Assembly (NCBI GenBank): GCA_964016885.1
Contig: OZ024743.1
Span: 254,572,001 to 254,636,000 of the forward strand
Direction: 5' to 3'
Length of the DNA stretch: 64,000 bases
Origin: Eledone cirrhosa
Lineage: Eukaryota
Both the position numbers and the translations under genes were made by a program. Positions 39,127 through 52,574 of this stretch are shown here, one piece after another. Under the pieces are notes generated by a model. The model was not told the DNA's origin, did not search any database, and was given only the letters and a program-made list of their open reading frames with translations. Each line of letters begins with the position of its first letter. Within the stretch, counting starts at the first letter, position 1.

Positions 39127-39363
39127 TGTTACACGTTCATACCTATGTGTATGCGTAGATATACATAATAATGAATACATCCCCACTATTAGTACTATTT
39201 TGTTAAGCGCATCTAGTAAACAGTAGGAACTGTGTCTAAGGCAGATACGCACAGTATGTATCACTCCGCTAAAAACATGCCAAGTAAATAAACGCGTAGA
39301 ATCATGCCAACGCCTTCAGTGAGTTGTTTCTTATCCCAGCACGAACCACAAGAATACATAACA
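39127..39363 (+). repeat. 5' LTR
   Basis: 8 substitutions versus 43610-43846 by manual alignment; contains AATAAA. Confidence 0.96.
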
Positions 39364-39374
39364 TGGTGGCAGCG
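39364..39374 (+). promoter_or_regulatory. Primer-binding site, tRNA-Leu type
   Basis: TGGTGGCAGCG directly after the LTR is complementary to the ...CGCTGCCACCA 3' end of eukaryotic tRNA-Leu(AAG/TAG). Confidence 0.8.
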
Positions 39375-39486
39375 ATAAATACTTAATCGAAAACCATGCC
39401 TTTACAACAAAACAGGAACACAACAAACCTGAAATTTAACAAACTGAAAATCACTTCGTCTCCGTACACACACACGAGAATCCAAA

Positions 39487-40392
39487 ATGGCGGCCCCCGT
39501 CGCCATACAGATGAATCTACATCCGACCATGAACTGGGACGCCGATGATATCGTGGAAGCGTTCAAGAAATTCAAACAGAAAACTCAATTGGCTTTCAAA
39601 AGCTTCCTGAAAGGTACAACTGCCGATGAAATGGTAAGCTACATCCTTTTATGGACGGGAGAGAAGAGCCTAGACCTATTCAATAGTTGGGACATGTCAG
39701 AATCGGATTGCAATAATCCAGACACACTTTTAGAGAAATTTGAAAGGCACCTAGGACCCAGATCAAACCATAGAATTCATAGGTACGAATTCCAGGGCCT
39801 GACACAAGACCCACAAGAAACAATTGACAACTTCCTGTCCAGACTAAAGAATGTTGCCGAGAAATGCAGATTCAAAGACAAGGACGAAAGGATTGTTGAT
39901 CAACTCATATGGGGGTGTGCTCACAAAGAAGTCCAGAAATCCCTCATAGGTAAGGACGCTCTCCAGTTGATAGAAGCAGTAGACACTGCAAGAGCATTCA
40001 AAGCCACTACCAAACAAATGGCCTCACTTACTTTACAAACAAACACAATAGGCAGCAGTGTAGATATTGTATCCAGACATAGAACGAAACATACCCACAA
40101 ACAGAGAACATGCCAGTACAGCGGTACAGAGCATGAGTTCAATGACCGGACGAAATGTCCTGCATTCGGTACACACTGCAAAGCATGTGGAAAGCCCAAC
40201 CACTGGGAAAAAATGTGTAGACTAACAAAATCTCACAAATACAAGCCCCAGTTTCCAAAGAGGAGCGGAAAGAGAAGACAAAGAGACATACATGCCCAAC
40301 AACAGGAAGAAAACACCTCAGAGGAGGAATTCTTGGCAGTCGGCACAATAAATGTACATGAGATGGGAAATGACAACCAAAAAAAAAAATGA
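39487..40392 (+). CDS. gag: Gypsy Gag with twin zinc knuckles (first has Cys>Ser)
   Basis: CQYSGTEH...CPAFGTHCKACGKPNHWEKMC; the frame ends after an A9 run. Confidence 0.85.
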   Translation: MAAPVAIQMNLHPTMNWDADDIVEAFKKFKQKTQLAFKSFLKGTTADEMVSYILLWTGEKSLDLFNSWDMSESDCNNPDTLLEKFERHLGPRSNHRIHRYEFQGLTQDPQETIDNFLSRLKNVAEKCRFKDKDERIVDQLIWGCAHKEVQKSLIGKDALQLIEAVDTARAFKATTKQMASLTLQTNTIGSSVDIVSRHRTKHTHKQRTCQYSGTEHEFNDRTKCPAFGTHCKACGKPNHWEKMCRLTKSHKYKPQFPKRSGKRRQRDIHAQQQEENTSEEEFLAVGTINVHEMGNDNQKKK

Positions 40393-43300
40393 AGCATACA
40401 CAACAATACAAATCCAAAAGACGTCAGGCAAGAAACGAATAAACATTGACTTAAAGCTAAAGCCCAGAGTGATATCTTGCCTGTCAACCTCTACAAAAAG
40501 ATATTCCCAGAACACATGACACAAGAGGATAAAGTCAAAGAAGGAATCCTCACACCAAGTGATGTAATCCTCATTGCATACGGAGGTACCAGGATTCCAC
40601 AACTGGGCAAAACAACCATTACAGAGACACACAAAGGAAAAATAATCAAGTGTTCTTTTTATGTCACAAGAACAGAAGAACCTGCAATTCTTGGACTTAA
40701 TACCTGTCAAAGGCTTAATATTGTGTCAATCAACGGGGAAGTGAAGGCAGCTCCAAGCAGGATTGACAGAGATATGCCTATCGAAGACCGACCACCAATC
40801 TCAAATAAAGAAGAACTGATAAGCATGTACCCAGAATGCTTTGACGATACAGTCGGGTGTTTTGAGAAATGTCGATACCATATAACAGTCGACCCCAATG
40901 CCAAACCAATTGTTCACCCACCTCGCCGCGTTCCACTGGAATTAAAAGAGAAGCTGAAGGCAGAGTTAGACAGAATGGAGAAGAAGGAAATAATCACCAA
41001 AGTGACACGACCAACTGACTGGGTGAATTCAATTGTAATCAAAGAAAAAGCCAATGGTACCTTACGAATATGCCTCGACCCAAGAGATCTGAACATGGCA
41101 TTAAAACGAGATTACTACCCAATTCCAACCCTTGAAGAAATCACACCATCATTAGCTGGATCCAAGATATTCAGCAAACTGGATGCCAGTAATGGGTACT
41201 GGAATGTAAAGATAGACAAAGAATCATCGATGCTAACTACTTTCAACACACCATTTGGCAGATACCGATTCAACCGACTCCCATTTGGATTGAAGGTGAG
41301 CCAAGATGTTTTCCAGCACCAAATAGATGAGGCCTACCAAGGCTGCAAGGGAGCAATTGGGATAGCAGGTGATATCCAAGTGCATGGCAAGGATGAGATC
41401 ACACATGACTTCAATTTACATGAAGCTATGGAGAAAACCCGACAAGCAGGTATCAAACTCAATGTAGACAAGTGTGTGATCAAAGCAAAAGAGTGCACAT
41501 TTTTTGGAATGATATACTCTGCAGAGGGAGTGAAACCAGACCCCACTAAAGTGGAAGCCATCAGTGACATCAGAGAACCCAAAGATAAGAAGGAACTCGG
41601 AAGCTTCCTGGGACTCATCCACTATATGGGAGCCTTCATACCTAAGCTGGCCGATCACACTGCAAACCTCCGAGAGCTAATGAAAGATGACATAGAGTTT
41701 GATTGGTGTGCTTTGCACACACAGGATTTCAATGCAATCAAAAAGCTCATCAGTAAGGAGACAACTCTGCAATACTATGATAGATGCAAACCAGTAACAC
41801 TCCAAGTTGATGCTTCTATGAGAGGAGTTGGCACAGCATTGATACAAGAAGATAAACCTATTGCATATGCCTCGAAAGCTCTCTCACCCACAGAGACAAG
41901 GTATGCAAACATTGAAAGGGAACTCCTGGCAGTAGTATATGGCTGTGAAAAGTTTCACACATACCTGTATGGCAGATATTTCAATATTGAGTCAGACCAT
42001 CGCCCGCTAGAACAAATATACAAAAATAAACTCACAAAAGCACCAGCCAGACTGCAAAGGTTACTGTTGAGGCTCCAAAAATATGACTACAATATCAGGT
42101 ACAAGCCAGGAAAGGACCTGATATTGGTGGATGCTCTTTCCAGACTATCCTCACATGATAAACAGGAAATGGAAGGTCTAAGTGTAAAGGTCCACCACAT
42201 TGTAAATGTGACAAACACAAAGCTCGAACAAATCAAAGAGGAGACCAGCAAAGATGAAGAACTCCAGCTCCTTACTCAGATGGTGATTCAGGGGTGGCCA
42301 GAGAAGAGACATCAGGTGCAGCCCCTCATTCGTGAATATACCAAGGACATCTGGGAATGGAAAAATGCAAACTCTGAGCCAAGTCAGCTGTATATTGGAT
42401 AGGCATGTACAAAGACATAGAAAAGATGGTTTCTACATGCCACATCTGTTAAAAGTACAGAAACTCACAACAAAAGGAGGAAATGATATCCAGTGACATT
42501 CCAAGAAGACCATGGCAAACTATTGGAGTAGATCTGTTCACAGAGAACCAAGAATGGTACTTGATTATGGTCTGCTACTACTACAAATTCCCATTTGTGA
42601 GAAAAGTGAAAGACCTGAGGGCCAAAACAATAACTACAGTGGCTCGAGGACTCCTAGCAGAGCAAGGAATACCAGAGCAGATCATATGTGACAATGGAAC
42701 CCACTTCACATCTCAGGAATTCAAAAAGCTAGCCGATGATTATGGGTTCAACATTATAACCTCATCTCCACACTACCCCAAAGGTCATGGATTCATAGAA
42801 AGACAGGTGCAGACAGTCAAGAGAACACTAGTAAAATGCCGAGAAACTAAGGAAGACCCACACCTGGCACTTCTGTCCCTACGAGCGACACCACTGAGGA
42901 CTGACATGAAATCCCCAGCAGAAATGCGGAATGGCAGGAAATACAAAACCACCCTGCCAACTAAGATCCAACCTCCTATTGACCAGGAAGAGACAAGGGC
43001 AAAGCTAGCAGCCACTCAAGAACAAGCACAGAAATATTACAACAAACATGCACAATACTTACCTGAGATACTTGGAGGACAGCATGTGCATACTCAAGAT
43101 CCTACAACCAAAACATGGATCCCAGCACAAGTTGTCAGTAGAGCCGAAACTCCAAGATCATATATTATAGAAACTGAATCTGATAGGCAGCTGAGACGTA
43201 ACAGGGCCCACATCCGCCCAACACCAAAGCTATCGAGGATAACATGTGCAACACCCACAGCAGATGACGACACACACAGAATCCGTGCTTCCACAGAATC

Positions 43301-43454
43301 ATCACCCAACAGGCACCAACCACCTATCAGCAACCCAACAACGCACCTCAGACACCAGTGCAGAGCACAAGATCCACCAGATGGAGACCGAACATTTTAC
43401 CACCGATTCGATACCGTTAAAAGAAAAAAACAAAAAAACAACTATTTCTGCTAG
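40393..43454 (+). pseudogene. pol: Gypsy pol (protease, RT, RNase H, integrase), disrupted
   Basis: ORF 40477..42402 (LRICLDPRDLN, KLDASNGYW, RLPFGL, IAGD, QVDAS, IERELLA, SDHRPL) and 42483..43454 (DLF, DNG, ERQVQTVK); stops and deletions in PR and the IN zinc domain. Confidence 0.93.
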
Positions 43455-43597
43455 ATTAGGAAGCAGAAAACCACGTGTGTGGGCAGAATAATCTCACGGT
43501 TTCTGCTGCAGGATTGCCACCCTTGCGCTGACAATCCATTAGTGTAAAGGAGATTACTTCTACTTTATTTTTTCATTGCCAAAAGATCCTTTTTTTC

Positions 43598-43609
43598 AAG
43601 AAGAAGGGA
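43598..43609 (+). promoter_or_regulatory. Polypurine tract
   Basis: AAGAAGAAGGGA immediately before the 3' LTR. Confidence 0.85.
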
Positions 43610-43846
43610 TGTTACACATTCATACCTATGTGTATGCGTCGATATACATAACAATGAATACATCCCCACTATTAGTACTATTTTGTTAAGCGCATCTAGT
43701 AAACAGTAGGAACTGTGTCTAAGGCAGATACGCACAGTATGTATCACTTCGCTAAAAACATGCCAAGTAAATAAACACGTAGAATCATGCCAATGCCTTC
43801 AGTGAGTTGTTTATTATCCCAGCACGAATCACAAGAATACATAACA
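43610..43846 (+). repeat. 3' LTR
   Basis: Direct repeat of 39127-39363. Confidence 0.96.
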
Positions 43847-44038
43847 GGCGGTATGTATATATATGCATAGAGAATATAGGGTAGGGAGCCTTCTTCAGTC
43901 TGGAGAGCATAAAACAACTATAGTACTAGTAACAAAATAAAATGCATCCAGCAAACACAGAAAAGTAGTATTGTTGGTGCCATGATAAAATGCACCAAGT
44001 ACACTTTGTAATATGGTATTGCTGTTGTGAAAATATAA

Positions 44039-44221
44039 TTGTTTCTACTTTAGGCACAAGGCCAGCAATTACCCAGTGCATTACTGGTACTTTATTTTAT
44101 CGACCCCGTAAGGATGAAAGGCAAAGTCAACCTCGGCGGGATTTGAACTCAGATCGTAAAGGGACGTAACTATGCTGGAAAGCATGGCGTCCGACCCTCT
44201 ACCGATACTGCCAATCCACCG
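44039..44221 (-). mobile_element. SINE family 2, young copy with 11-bp TSD
   Basis: TSD GAAAATATAAT at 44029-44039 and 44222-44232; interrupts an old RTE 3' UTR remnant. Confidence 0.85.
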
Positions 44222-45072
44222 GAAAATATAATGCCCCCAGTATTGTCCATATAGCGGTTGGTATTAGGGAGGGCCTCCAGCTATAGAAAATTTGCAAAAA
44301 ATTGAACACATATGCAAGATTAGGTATCTCCAGTCCTTCTAATCATAGACAGTGACAACACATCCAAACCATGCTGGCAGGGAAAGCAGATTTAAAATGA
44401 TGATAATAATGTATGTATGTATGTATGTATGTATGTATGTACGTATGCAGGTAGCTATATATTCAGGTAGGTATGTATGTTAGTATGTGAAATATGTATA
44501 TTATGTGTGTGGTGTATGTGTGTGTTAGGTATGTTATGTAATATATTGATATATATATGTTATGTATTAGAAGCATTACAACCTCCTTGTTATGATGTAT
44601 ACAAGTTCTACAAGTTGTTCTGTTTGTAGCTTTGATTTATCACCCAATTCTATTGTGTCTGTCTTTCTCAAATATGATTGTTTCTCACTTCTTCAGACAA
44701 TAACTGAAGTCTCCAAACTTCACTGACTACTACATAATTTCTGTTTAGTTTTCTGATTTATGGTGGTGGAAATGTGGTTTGAGCTGTAGGGGTGGTGATG
44801 TTGTGGCAGTGGTTGTGTTTGTGGGGATGTGATGGTGGTGGTAGGGTTGTGGTGGTGTTGCTCTGGTGGTGACGGAGTTGTTTTGGGGGTCCTGGTGGGT
44901 TTGTGGTGGTGATGGTGATGTGTTGGTGTGATTATGATGTGGTCATGGTGTGATAGTGGTGTTGGTGGGTTGCTGGGCTGTGTTGGTGGTAATAATCTTG
45001 TAATGATGGTGTTTTTGATGATATTTATGTTGCTGCTGTTTTGGTGATATTGTTGTGGTGGTAGTATTCTTG

Positions 45073-45395
45073 TGAAGGTGCATGACTTTATGGTTAGGGA
45101 ATTCAGATCACAATGATAAGGTTGTAAATTTGATTCCTGTTAGCACACTGTGCCCTTGAGCAAGACACTTTATTTCATGTTGCTCCAGTTCACTCAGCTG
45201 ACAAAAATGAGTTGTACCTGTAATTCGAAGGGCCAGGCTTTTCACATTCGTGTCACACCAAATCTCCTTTAGAACTACGTTAAGGGTACGCGAGTTTGTG
45301 GAATGCTCAGCCACGTGCATGTTAATTTCACGAGCAGGCTGTTCCAGTGATCGCATCAACTGGAACACTCATTATCCTACCCAAAGGAGTGCCTT
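45073..45395 (+). mobile_element. SINE family 1, near full-length
   Basis: tRNA-like head, CCCTTGAGCAAGACACTT core, and a tail shared with the 38851 copy and the region near 48870. Confidence 0.8.
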
Positions 45396-45569
45396 CCATT
45401 CCATTCTTGAGGGAATGATGTTTTGGTGGTGGTGATGATGGTAATGCTGATGTGTGGTGCTGGAAGTTGTGGCAGTGTTAAGGGTATGATAATGGTATTG
45501 CTGTGGTCAATGACTAACACAACACAATTGTGAATACAAATAGTTGAAATGGGGTTCCCTTGAAGGTTC

Positions 45570-45865
45570 TTTAGAATAAAATTACTCAATAGAGTGTGTA
45601 GCTTGGAGATCATGGAGTCAATCTAGGCAGAGCCATGTCTTCTCCTCACTTGGATATCACCACTCCGATTCTGTAGAACGTCTAAAGAAATAGCCACTGG
45701 ATAGATTTTAGAGACAAAGCCAATAAGCAGGAGAACCAGAAGTATACCATGAGCAAGATGGTTGGATAACATCCAAAAGCTCAGTTGAAGATGGTTGTTT
45801 CTGACAGTACCCACTGGAAGGTGTGTCTGAGGACTCTGCCAGTATGACCCTCTCAGAAATAAGAG
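45570..45865 (+). mobile_element. Old RTE-type LINE 3' remnant
   Basis: Translates ILETKPISRRTRSIP*ARWLDNIQKL, related to the minus-strand remnant at 63170-64000. Confidence 0.55.
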
Positions 45866-46044
45866 AGCAAAGAAGAATAGGATTAGTGTCATAAATCTTA
45901 ATGTCTTATACTGCAGGAAGCCACTTTAGCAAAATATTCTTGAAAAATACAAAACAGCACTAGGATTGCATCCTGTTAAGTATTAAAATCTTCACTTTAG
46001 TTTACTGCAAATTTTGACAATTGCCTAAATTAGAAATCATTATT

Positions 46045-46480
46045 ATAGGAGGGTCGGACGCCATACTTTGCAGAAAAGAGTTACGGCTCTTTATGGTCTG
46101 AGTTCAAATCCCGCCAAGGTTAACTTTGACTTTCATCCTTACGGGGTCGATAAAATACCAGTAATGTACTGAGTAATTGCTGGCCTTGTGCCAAAAGTAG
46201 AAACAATTATTATAGGTGTTATTTTTCTATTTTCAGTCCCTGCATTTTGTTTATCTCTGCTTTTAGATCATTATATTTGGATAAATCGGATTAGCAGAAT
46301 CGGTAGAGCATCAGACAGCATAGAGTTACGGCCCTTTACGTTCTCGCCGCAGTTACCTTTGCCTCTCATCTTTATGGGGTCGAAAACATAAAGCACAAAT
46401 AATGTACTGGGGTTGATTTAATCAACTTTCCCCTCCCAAAAATTACTGGCCTTGAGCCTATATAGAAGAAACAATTATAT
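46045..46480 (+). mobile_element. Two SINE family 2 copies
   Basis: Each has CTTTCATCCTTACGGGGTCGATAAAA-like and GGCCTTG...AGAAACAATT motifs. Confidence 0.75.
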
Positions 46481-48019
46481 TTGGACAAATAATTGGTATT
46501 ACATTTTTATTGTCAACATTTTTAATCACTTTGTTGGGTGGCAAGGAATGAAACAGCCTTTCATCCTTCAAGAACAACAGAAATGGTTGCAGTTTAACAT
46601 GTCACTTAGAGTGCATGCAATCCATGCACAGTGGAAATTCCTTAATTAACAGATAACCTAGTTGGTAGAGTAAATGTGACACTCAATAGCTAGGGTTATA
46701 GTTCTTTAAATGACAATATGAATGGCAGCAGCTAAAGCAAATAGAGGTTCATCAGTCTAGATTTTATTCCAGGCACGTGAAATGTTTAGTAGCCAAAAGT
46801 ACAAGACTCTTCTCTTCCTGTGCAGGATTCCAGTCAATCACAAGAACAGCCCTTAGCTCTTGCTGCAGCAGCTGGTACTAATCTTTATCAACTGAGTGGA
46901 CAGAAGTCACATAAAACTAAGGACCTTACACAAGGACACTGCTTGGTCTAGGAACTGAACCCATGATCTTATGATCATAAAACCAATACCCTAACTGCAA
47001 ACTATCGAATGCCTATGGACAAACCCCATCATGCCAGAACCATGTACTCCTGCTAATAGTGAAATACAAGGAAGTAATATGGAAATGTATTCAAATTTGG
47101 TTGAATACATTTATCTGAATATGAAGTAGAGTTGAGGTGGTGGACTCGCAGCGTTGTTAGACCATCGTATAAAATGGTACTTATTCCAGCTCTCTTCTCT
47201 CTGAGCTCAAATCTAGCCAAGATCAACTTTACCTTTCATAATTTTGAGGTCAATAAAATATGTACCAGTCAAGTACTGAGGTCAATTCATCATTTATATC
47301 TCTTTCTCACTTCTTTATTTCTTACTCCGGAAAAAATCAAGAAATCAATTGTGTTCAAACAGGGAGAGGGTGGACTCTGCCTAGTTTGAAATACCCAAGA
47401 AATGCCATATGTCATTACAGCGCCCTTATGACTCCATCAGGAGTAATGGGTCAAATCCTGGAAGTAGACTTAGGTTTATTTTATTATTCCATAATTAACC
47501 AGATGATTAATCATTTCATCTCCATCATCATCATCACCATATTTACCAATTACTATCTTTTGATCTGTCTTCTCCTTATTATCTGATTCCTTCTGAAGGC
47601 CTGTTGTTATGGTGCTTTAACTAAGAAGCATTCAGTGTTCCTTTCAAGAATTGTATTGTGTATGTGTTTGTGGATACTGGTATGTTTATGTGTGGGCACA
47701 TGTGTATATATTTATGCATGTGCCTTTATTTGCTTGTAAGTGTGCATTCATGTGTGTGTGGGCATATGTATGTATTTGTGCATGTGTATGTGCATGTGCA
47801 CATGTGTGTATGCTTGTATGTGTGTGCAGCACACATTTGTGTATTATGTTGGGATTGTATGTGTGTTATTTTGTTTGTCTCCAAGCTCAATCTGTGATTA
47901 CTTCCCATCCTTATATGTTGTCATCCAAACCATGTCATTTGATGCTAGCGTGCTTTTCCTTTATAGTCGTCTTAATATTTGGATTCTATTTCTTCTGTTA
48001 ATTCTTCTACATCATCTTT

Positions 48020-48192
48020 AACTACTACTGCTGCTGTTACTATTACTACTACTGCTGATGTTACTATTACTACTACTGCTGATGTTACTATTACTACTAC
48101 TGCTGCTGTTACTACTACTACTACTGCCAATACTACTACTACCACTGCTGCCACTACTACCACCACTGCTTCCACTACTACTACTACTACTT
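48020..48192. repeat. (TAC)/(TGC) trinucleotide repeat with 24-bp higher-order units
   Basis: Read directly. Confidence 0.9.
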
Positions 48193-49069
48193 TTTCTGCT
48201 TTCACTCTTGGAAAGATTTGTTGAAAACAAGCAAGCTTCTTTAACATTATTTCACTGGATCTTGTCTCTGTCATTTGTTTTTTCCACAAACAAGTAAAAC
48301 CAAAGAAATAATGGAAATCCTCATATTTTCTTGGTTTTCTTAAAAAACAACCAAAGAATCAACTGGAGTTCTATTGTGTAGTTGGTTTGTTTTAAGATGG
48401 CACAGAGCAACAGATTTATACAGGAAAGGATCATTATAATCTTTTAACCTTCACTTTCACTGTTAGCAGGGGATGGACATATTTACATAGACCAAATCAA
48501 TACTAAAATGGGGCTACTCACCTCCCTGGCAACAGGCTTGAGTGTCTGCATCTTGCTTACGTATGGTCTCATGTTCTACCATGTTCACAAAAATGGTTGT
48601 CATGTCTATGACAGAGCTGAAGCAGTCCTGGCAAGCTTTCTACAGCTAATAGATTAAACATCATCACTAAACCACTGGGTACTTATAGTTGATTTACACA
48701 GTTGATGATGACATGTCTGAGTGGTTAAAAAAATTGCTTCACAATCATGAGGCTGTGGATTCAAATCCCACTGTGTGGTATTTTCAACAAAATCTTTACT
48801 TTAGCCTCATATTCACCCAAGCCTTGTAAGTGAAACTTCATAGATGGAAACTGAGTGGAAACCCATTGAACAGATTGTACCTGTAATTCAAAGTTTCAGC
48901 CTTACCACATTTGGGATCATGTTTATTCAGATTGAGAATTACATTAAAAGTATACCTTTCTGTGAAATACTCAGCCACTTTATATTGCATGATAGATTAT
49001 ATCAGTAATTCAAAAGTATAGCCTTATCACATAATATATCATGTTGGTTTGACTTGTGAAGTACATTAA

Positions 49070-49401
49070 CCCTTTAGCATTCACATTACTCTATATTTAC
49101 TATTGTATTTTTATCTCACATAATATTTCGCATAATATCGAATCTATGTGATTTTGATATTATTTATAATATCGAATCTGAGATTTTGATATTATTTATT
49201 TTGAGAACAATAACTTAACATCAGTATGAGTGGCCATTGACTCCCCACCCACCCTCAAATTGCTGGCCTTGTGCCTAAATAAGAAACAATTATTACATGT
49301 ACATATAAAGATTAATAGCATATACATCAACATTTTTAGGAAATGAACAGAAAGAGGTGAGAGAATTCTGGTCGGATACATCTGGTTTAAATGGTAAAGG
49401 G
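49070..49401. mobile_element. piggyBac-like MITE with TTAA TSD, inserted in a SINE tail
   Basis: TTAA-CCCTTTAGCATT ... AATGGTAAAGGG-TTAA; the host SINE reads through once the MITE is removed. Confidence 0.85.
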
Positions 49402-50594
49402 TTAAAGATACATCTGTCTGTGGAATACTCTCCAACTTACATGTGGATTCAGGTGCTGGGCAATCAGTTGATAGAACAGCTGAATGCTCCTCATGAAAAC
49501 CAATGAAAGATCCCTCACCCCCATAAATAAAGGTAAAGCTCCTTAATTCTTGATGGTACTATAGGGCTACCGATCTAACATTGAGCAATTAAGATCTGGT
49601 GGAGCTCATTCCTCTCCAGTTCGTGACATAGCTGATTTCTTCTAGAGAAAGAATCAACCCTGTACTGGATTGTTACTTCATTTATCAACATAAAAAATGA
49701 AAGGCAAAGTCATCAACACAAATGACCTCAGTATATCACTGGTGTTTATTGATAAGAAATGTCATTCCCATTGGTGTTTTTCTACTGTATTGCATTTCTT
49801 TGTCTAACTTTCTCATATCAGAAAGCAACTGAACTTATTATTCATTACTTACTGGAGTAATAAAGTAACAGTCAAGTAGTATGATTGATATAATCTACTC
49901 ACCTCCTACTAAACTGCTGGCCTTGTGCTTCAATTAAAACCATGTCCTACTGCCTTCTTTTGGCTGGGAAGTACTGGCAAAGTATAATCTGTTTTAATAT
50001 TTTAATATGATTAAAAAGGTTATGTGACAGACAAGACTGAAAGAACTAAAGACAGACACATTCACTTCAACCAAGCTCTCATTGACTTTTTCAAGATCCA
50101 CTTCAAAATGAAGGTAAGGGTGGAGGAGGAATTGCCTCCACCTCCCCAGAGTATTTACTAAAAGGTGGTTGAATGTACCAAAAATGACATGTAAATGAAA
50201 GCTGGAAGGATTAGATGAGAGAGGGGTACTTGCCTATGGTGACCTTGCTGATCTGGATGATCTGAGATTTGTGGGGCTTTTTAATCACCCCTGGACGATG
50301 CTCCCTATATTAGGGAATTATGTTTTTAATTTGTTACTTTATGGTTTTTTTTCTATTTACTACTTTTATGTAAATACCCACTCTCCTTCTTTGTTTGCAT
50401 TGTCCTTAATATTTTTGGCCCTAGTGGACAAGATAATAATAATTGTTTCTACTTTTGGCACAAGGCCAGCAATTACTCAGTACATTACTGGTACTTTATT
50501 TTATCGACCCCATAAGGATGAAAGAATAATAATGATAATGATTACTGATCTTATGCCTATGCTAGAAACAGTTATTATAGGGTGGGGGATTTGC

Positions 50595-50796
50595 AGTATT
50601 GATAGTGTCAGACAACCTGCTTCGTAGCATAGAATTACGGCCCTTTACATTCTGATTTCAAATCCCATCGAGGTTTGCTTTGCCTTTCATCTTTTCAGGG
50701 TCGATAAAATAAAGTAAGTCACGCACTGGGGTTGATTCAATTGACTCCCCACCCACCCTCAAATTGCTGGCCTTGTGCCTAAATAAGAAACAATTA
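50595..50796 (+). mobile_element. SINE family 2
   Basis: Same head, core and tail motifs as 59873-60058. Confidence 0.75.
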
Positions 50797-51025
50797 TTAC
50801 ATGTACATATAAAGATTAATAGCATATACATCAACATTTTTAGGAAATGTACAGCACACACCTGCTTGTCCTTAGGGCATCTGATGAGAAAAAAATACCT
50901 TATAATGTCCAGTTCAAAAAATGCTAGCATGAAAAACGCAGACATAGAAATAACTCTGGTGACTAAATCTAGTATAGAGTTTATATGGTGTATATCTAGT
51001 GCAATCATGTATGAATATATATATA

Positions 51026-51662
51026 TTCTAGCTGCAAAAGGCTTTTCCCTCAAAATGAAAGGCAGACTGTATGGTGCGTGTATACGAACAGCAATGTTAC
51101 ATGGTAGTGAGACCTGGGCACTGAAGGTGGAAGACTTACGTAGATTAGAAAGAAATGAAGCCTGCATGCTCCGATGGATGTGTAATAGTAATATACATGA
51201 ACAGCAAAGCATAAACGAATTGAGAGAGAGACTGAGCATAAGAGGAATGAAATGCTGTGTGCAATTACACCTCTCAAAGGCGATGACACATGACCAAGAC
51301 CTCTGGCATCACGCAGTAATATAGAAGACCCGACCCCCCACGGGTACAAGCCAAAGCTGAAGCATATAGACAATATGCCCCCCACACCCTCCCACTGCAA
51401 AGTGGTCGTGGAGGTGCCATGGCAAAAAAGCACCCAGCCCACACTGTAAAGTGGACGTGTAGGCGCCACAGAAAAAAGCACCCACCACTCACCTAAATGA
51501 GGTTGGTGTTAGGAAGGGCATCCAGCTTTAGAAATCAAGCCAGAATCAGTCCCTGTACGAGCAAGGCATGGTCAGCCGACCGGCTACTGCCCACAGCAGG
51601 ACAACTCATCTCATCCATGTTAGCGTGAAAGAACTGACATAAAACGATGATGATGATGATGA
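51026..51662 (+). mobile_element. RTE 3' fragment with internal deletion
   Basis: LAAKGFSLKMKGRLY...HGSETWAL; aligns to 53333-54113 with about 170 bp missing near 51263. Confidence 0.88.
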
Positions 51663-52315
51663 TATATATAGTGTGTGTATGTATATATGCTGTAGATATA
51701 ATTGCATATATATTCTATAGACACTATTTCATATTCAACCTGCTTACTAGTTTTGTCAAACATACTTCAAATTTCTCTAAGACAAAATTCTTATCTTCAA
51801 GACAAAAAATAAAAAAAATAATATTATACAAATATATATAAATAAATAATGCAACACTTCAGACATCGATCTACCACCACCAAAATTTAATTTGCTTCAT
51901 TTATTTATTTGTTTATTTGTTTATTTATTTATTTATTGTCTTCTTTTCTCTTGAGATTATCAACCAAAATAGGTTTGTAATGAATTCTAGAAGCTAAATT
52001 ATTTTTGCTGAAGAGATATGGTAAGAAGAGAAAGGAAGATTTTTCGACAGAACACTGCAGATTGATATGATATCAAAACAAAACATAATAAAATAAAAGT
52101 AATTGCTTAAAAATTCCCTTCAAACCATTTAAAATTCTCTTGGACTGCAATTCTCATTAAGAAAGACAAAAAAAAACACACACACACACACACACACGAT
52201 AGAAGTGAAGAAAAGAAAGAAAACACGCTACAACAATTAATGTTTATTTTCAAGTAGCTCTTTGTGTTTTCAGAAACAATTTTTCTTGTTTATTTTATTT
52301 CTTCAATTAATTTTT

Positions 52316-52363
<48 letters not shown>

Positions 52364-52574
52364 TTCTACTATGTTTCATAGCTGTAAAATTTCACAATGC
52401 TTAAAATACTTGATAATTAGATAATTAATAGGTTTAATAGTGTTGTCTATCAGGCAATTAACACAATAAAGACTTCAAACATAAACACTTCAAGTCATTC
52501 AGAAAAAACTATCTTTCCAAATTTTACTTTTATTGAAAAATTTATTTAAAATCTAAATAATTTAAAAGTAAGCC

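Larger units (their letters stand above)
39127..43846 (+). mobile_element. Full-length Ty3/Gypsy LTR retrotransposon (Mag-like), inactivated
   Basis: 237-bp LTRs TGTTA..TAACA; TSD GGTGG/GGCGG; PBS; PPT; domain order gag-PR-RT-RH-IN. Confidence 0.97.

Noticed and set aside
47972-48297. Mucin-like or poly-V/S ORFs
   Set aside because: A trinucleotide repeat open in several frames on both strands.
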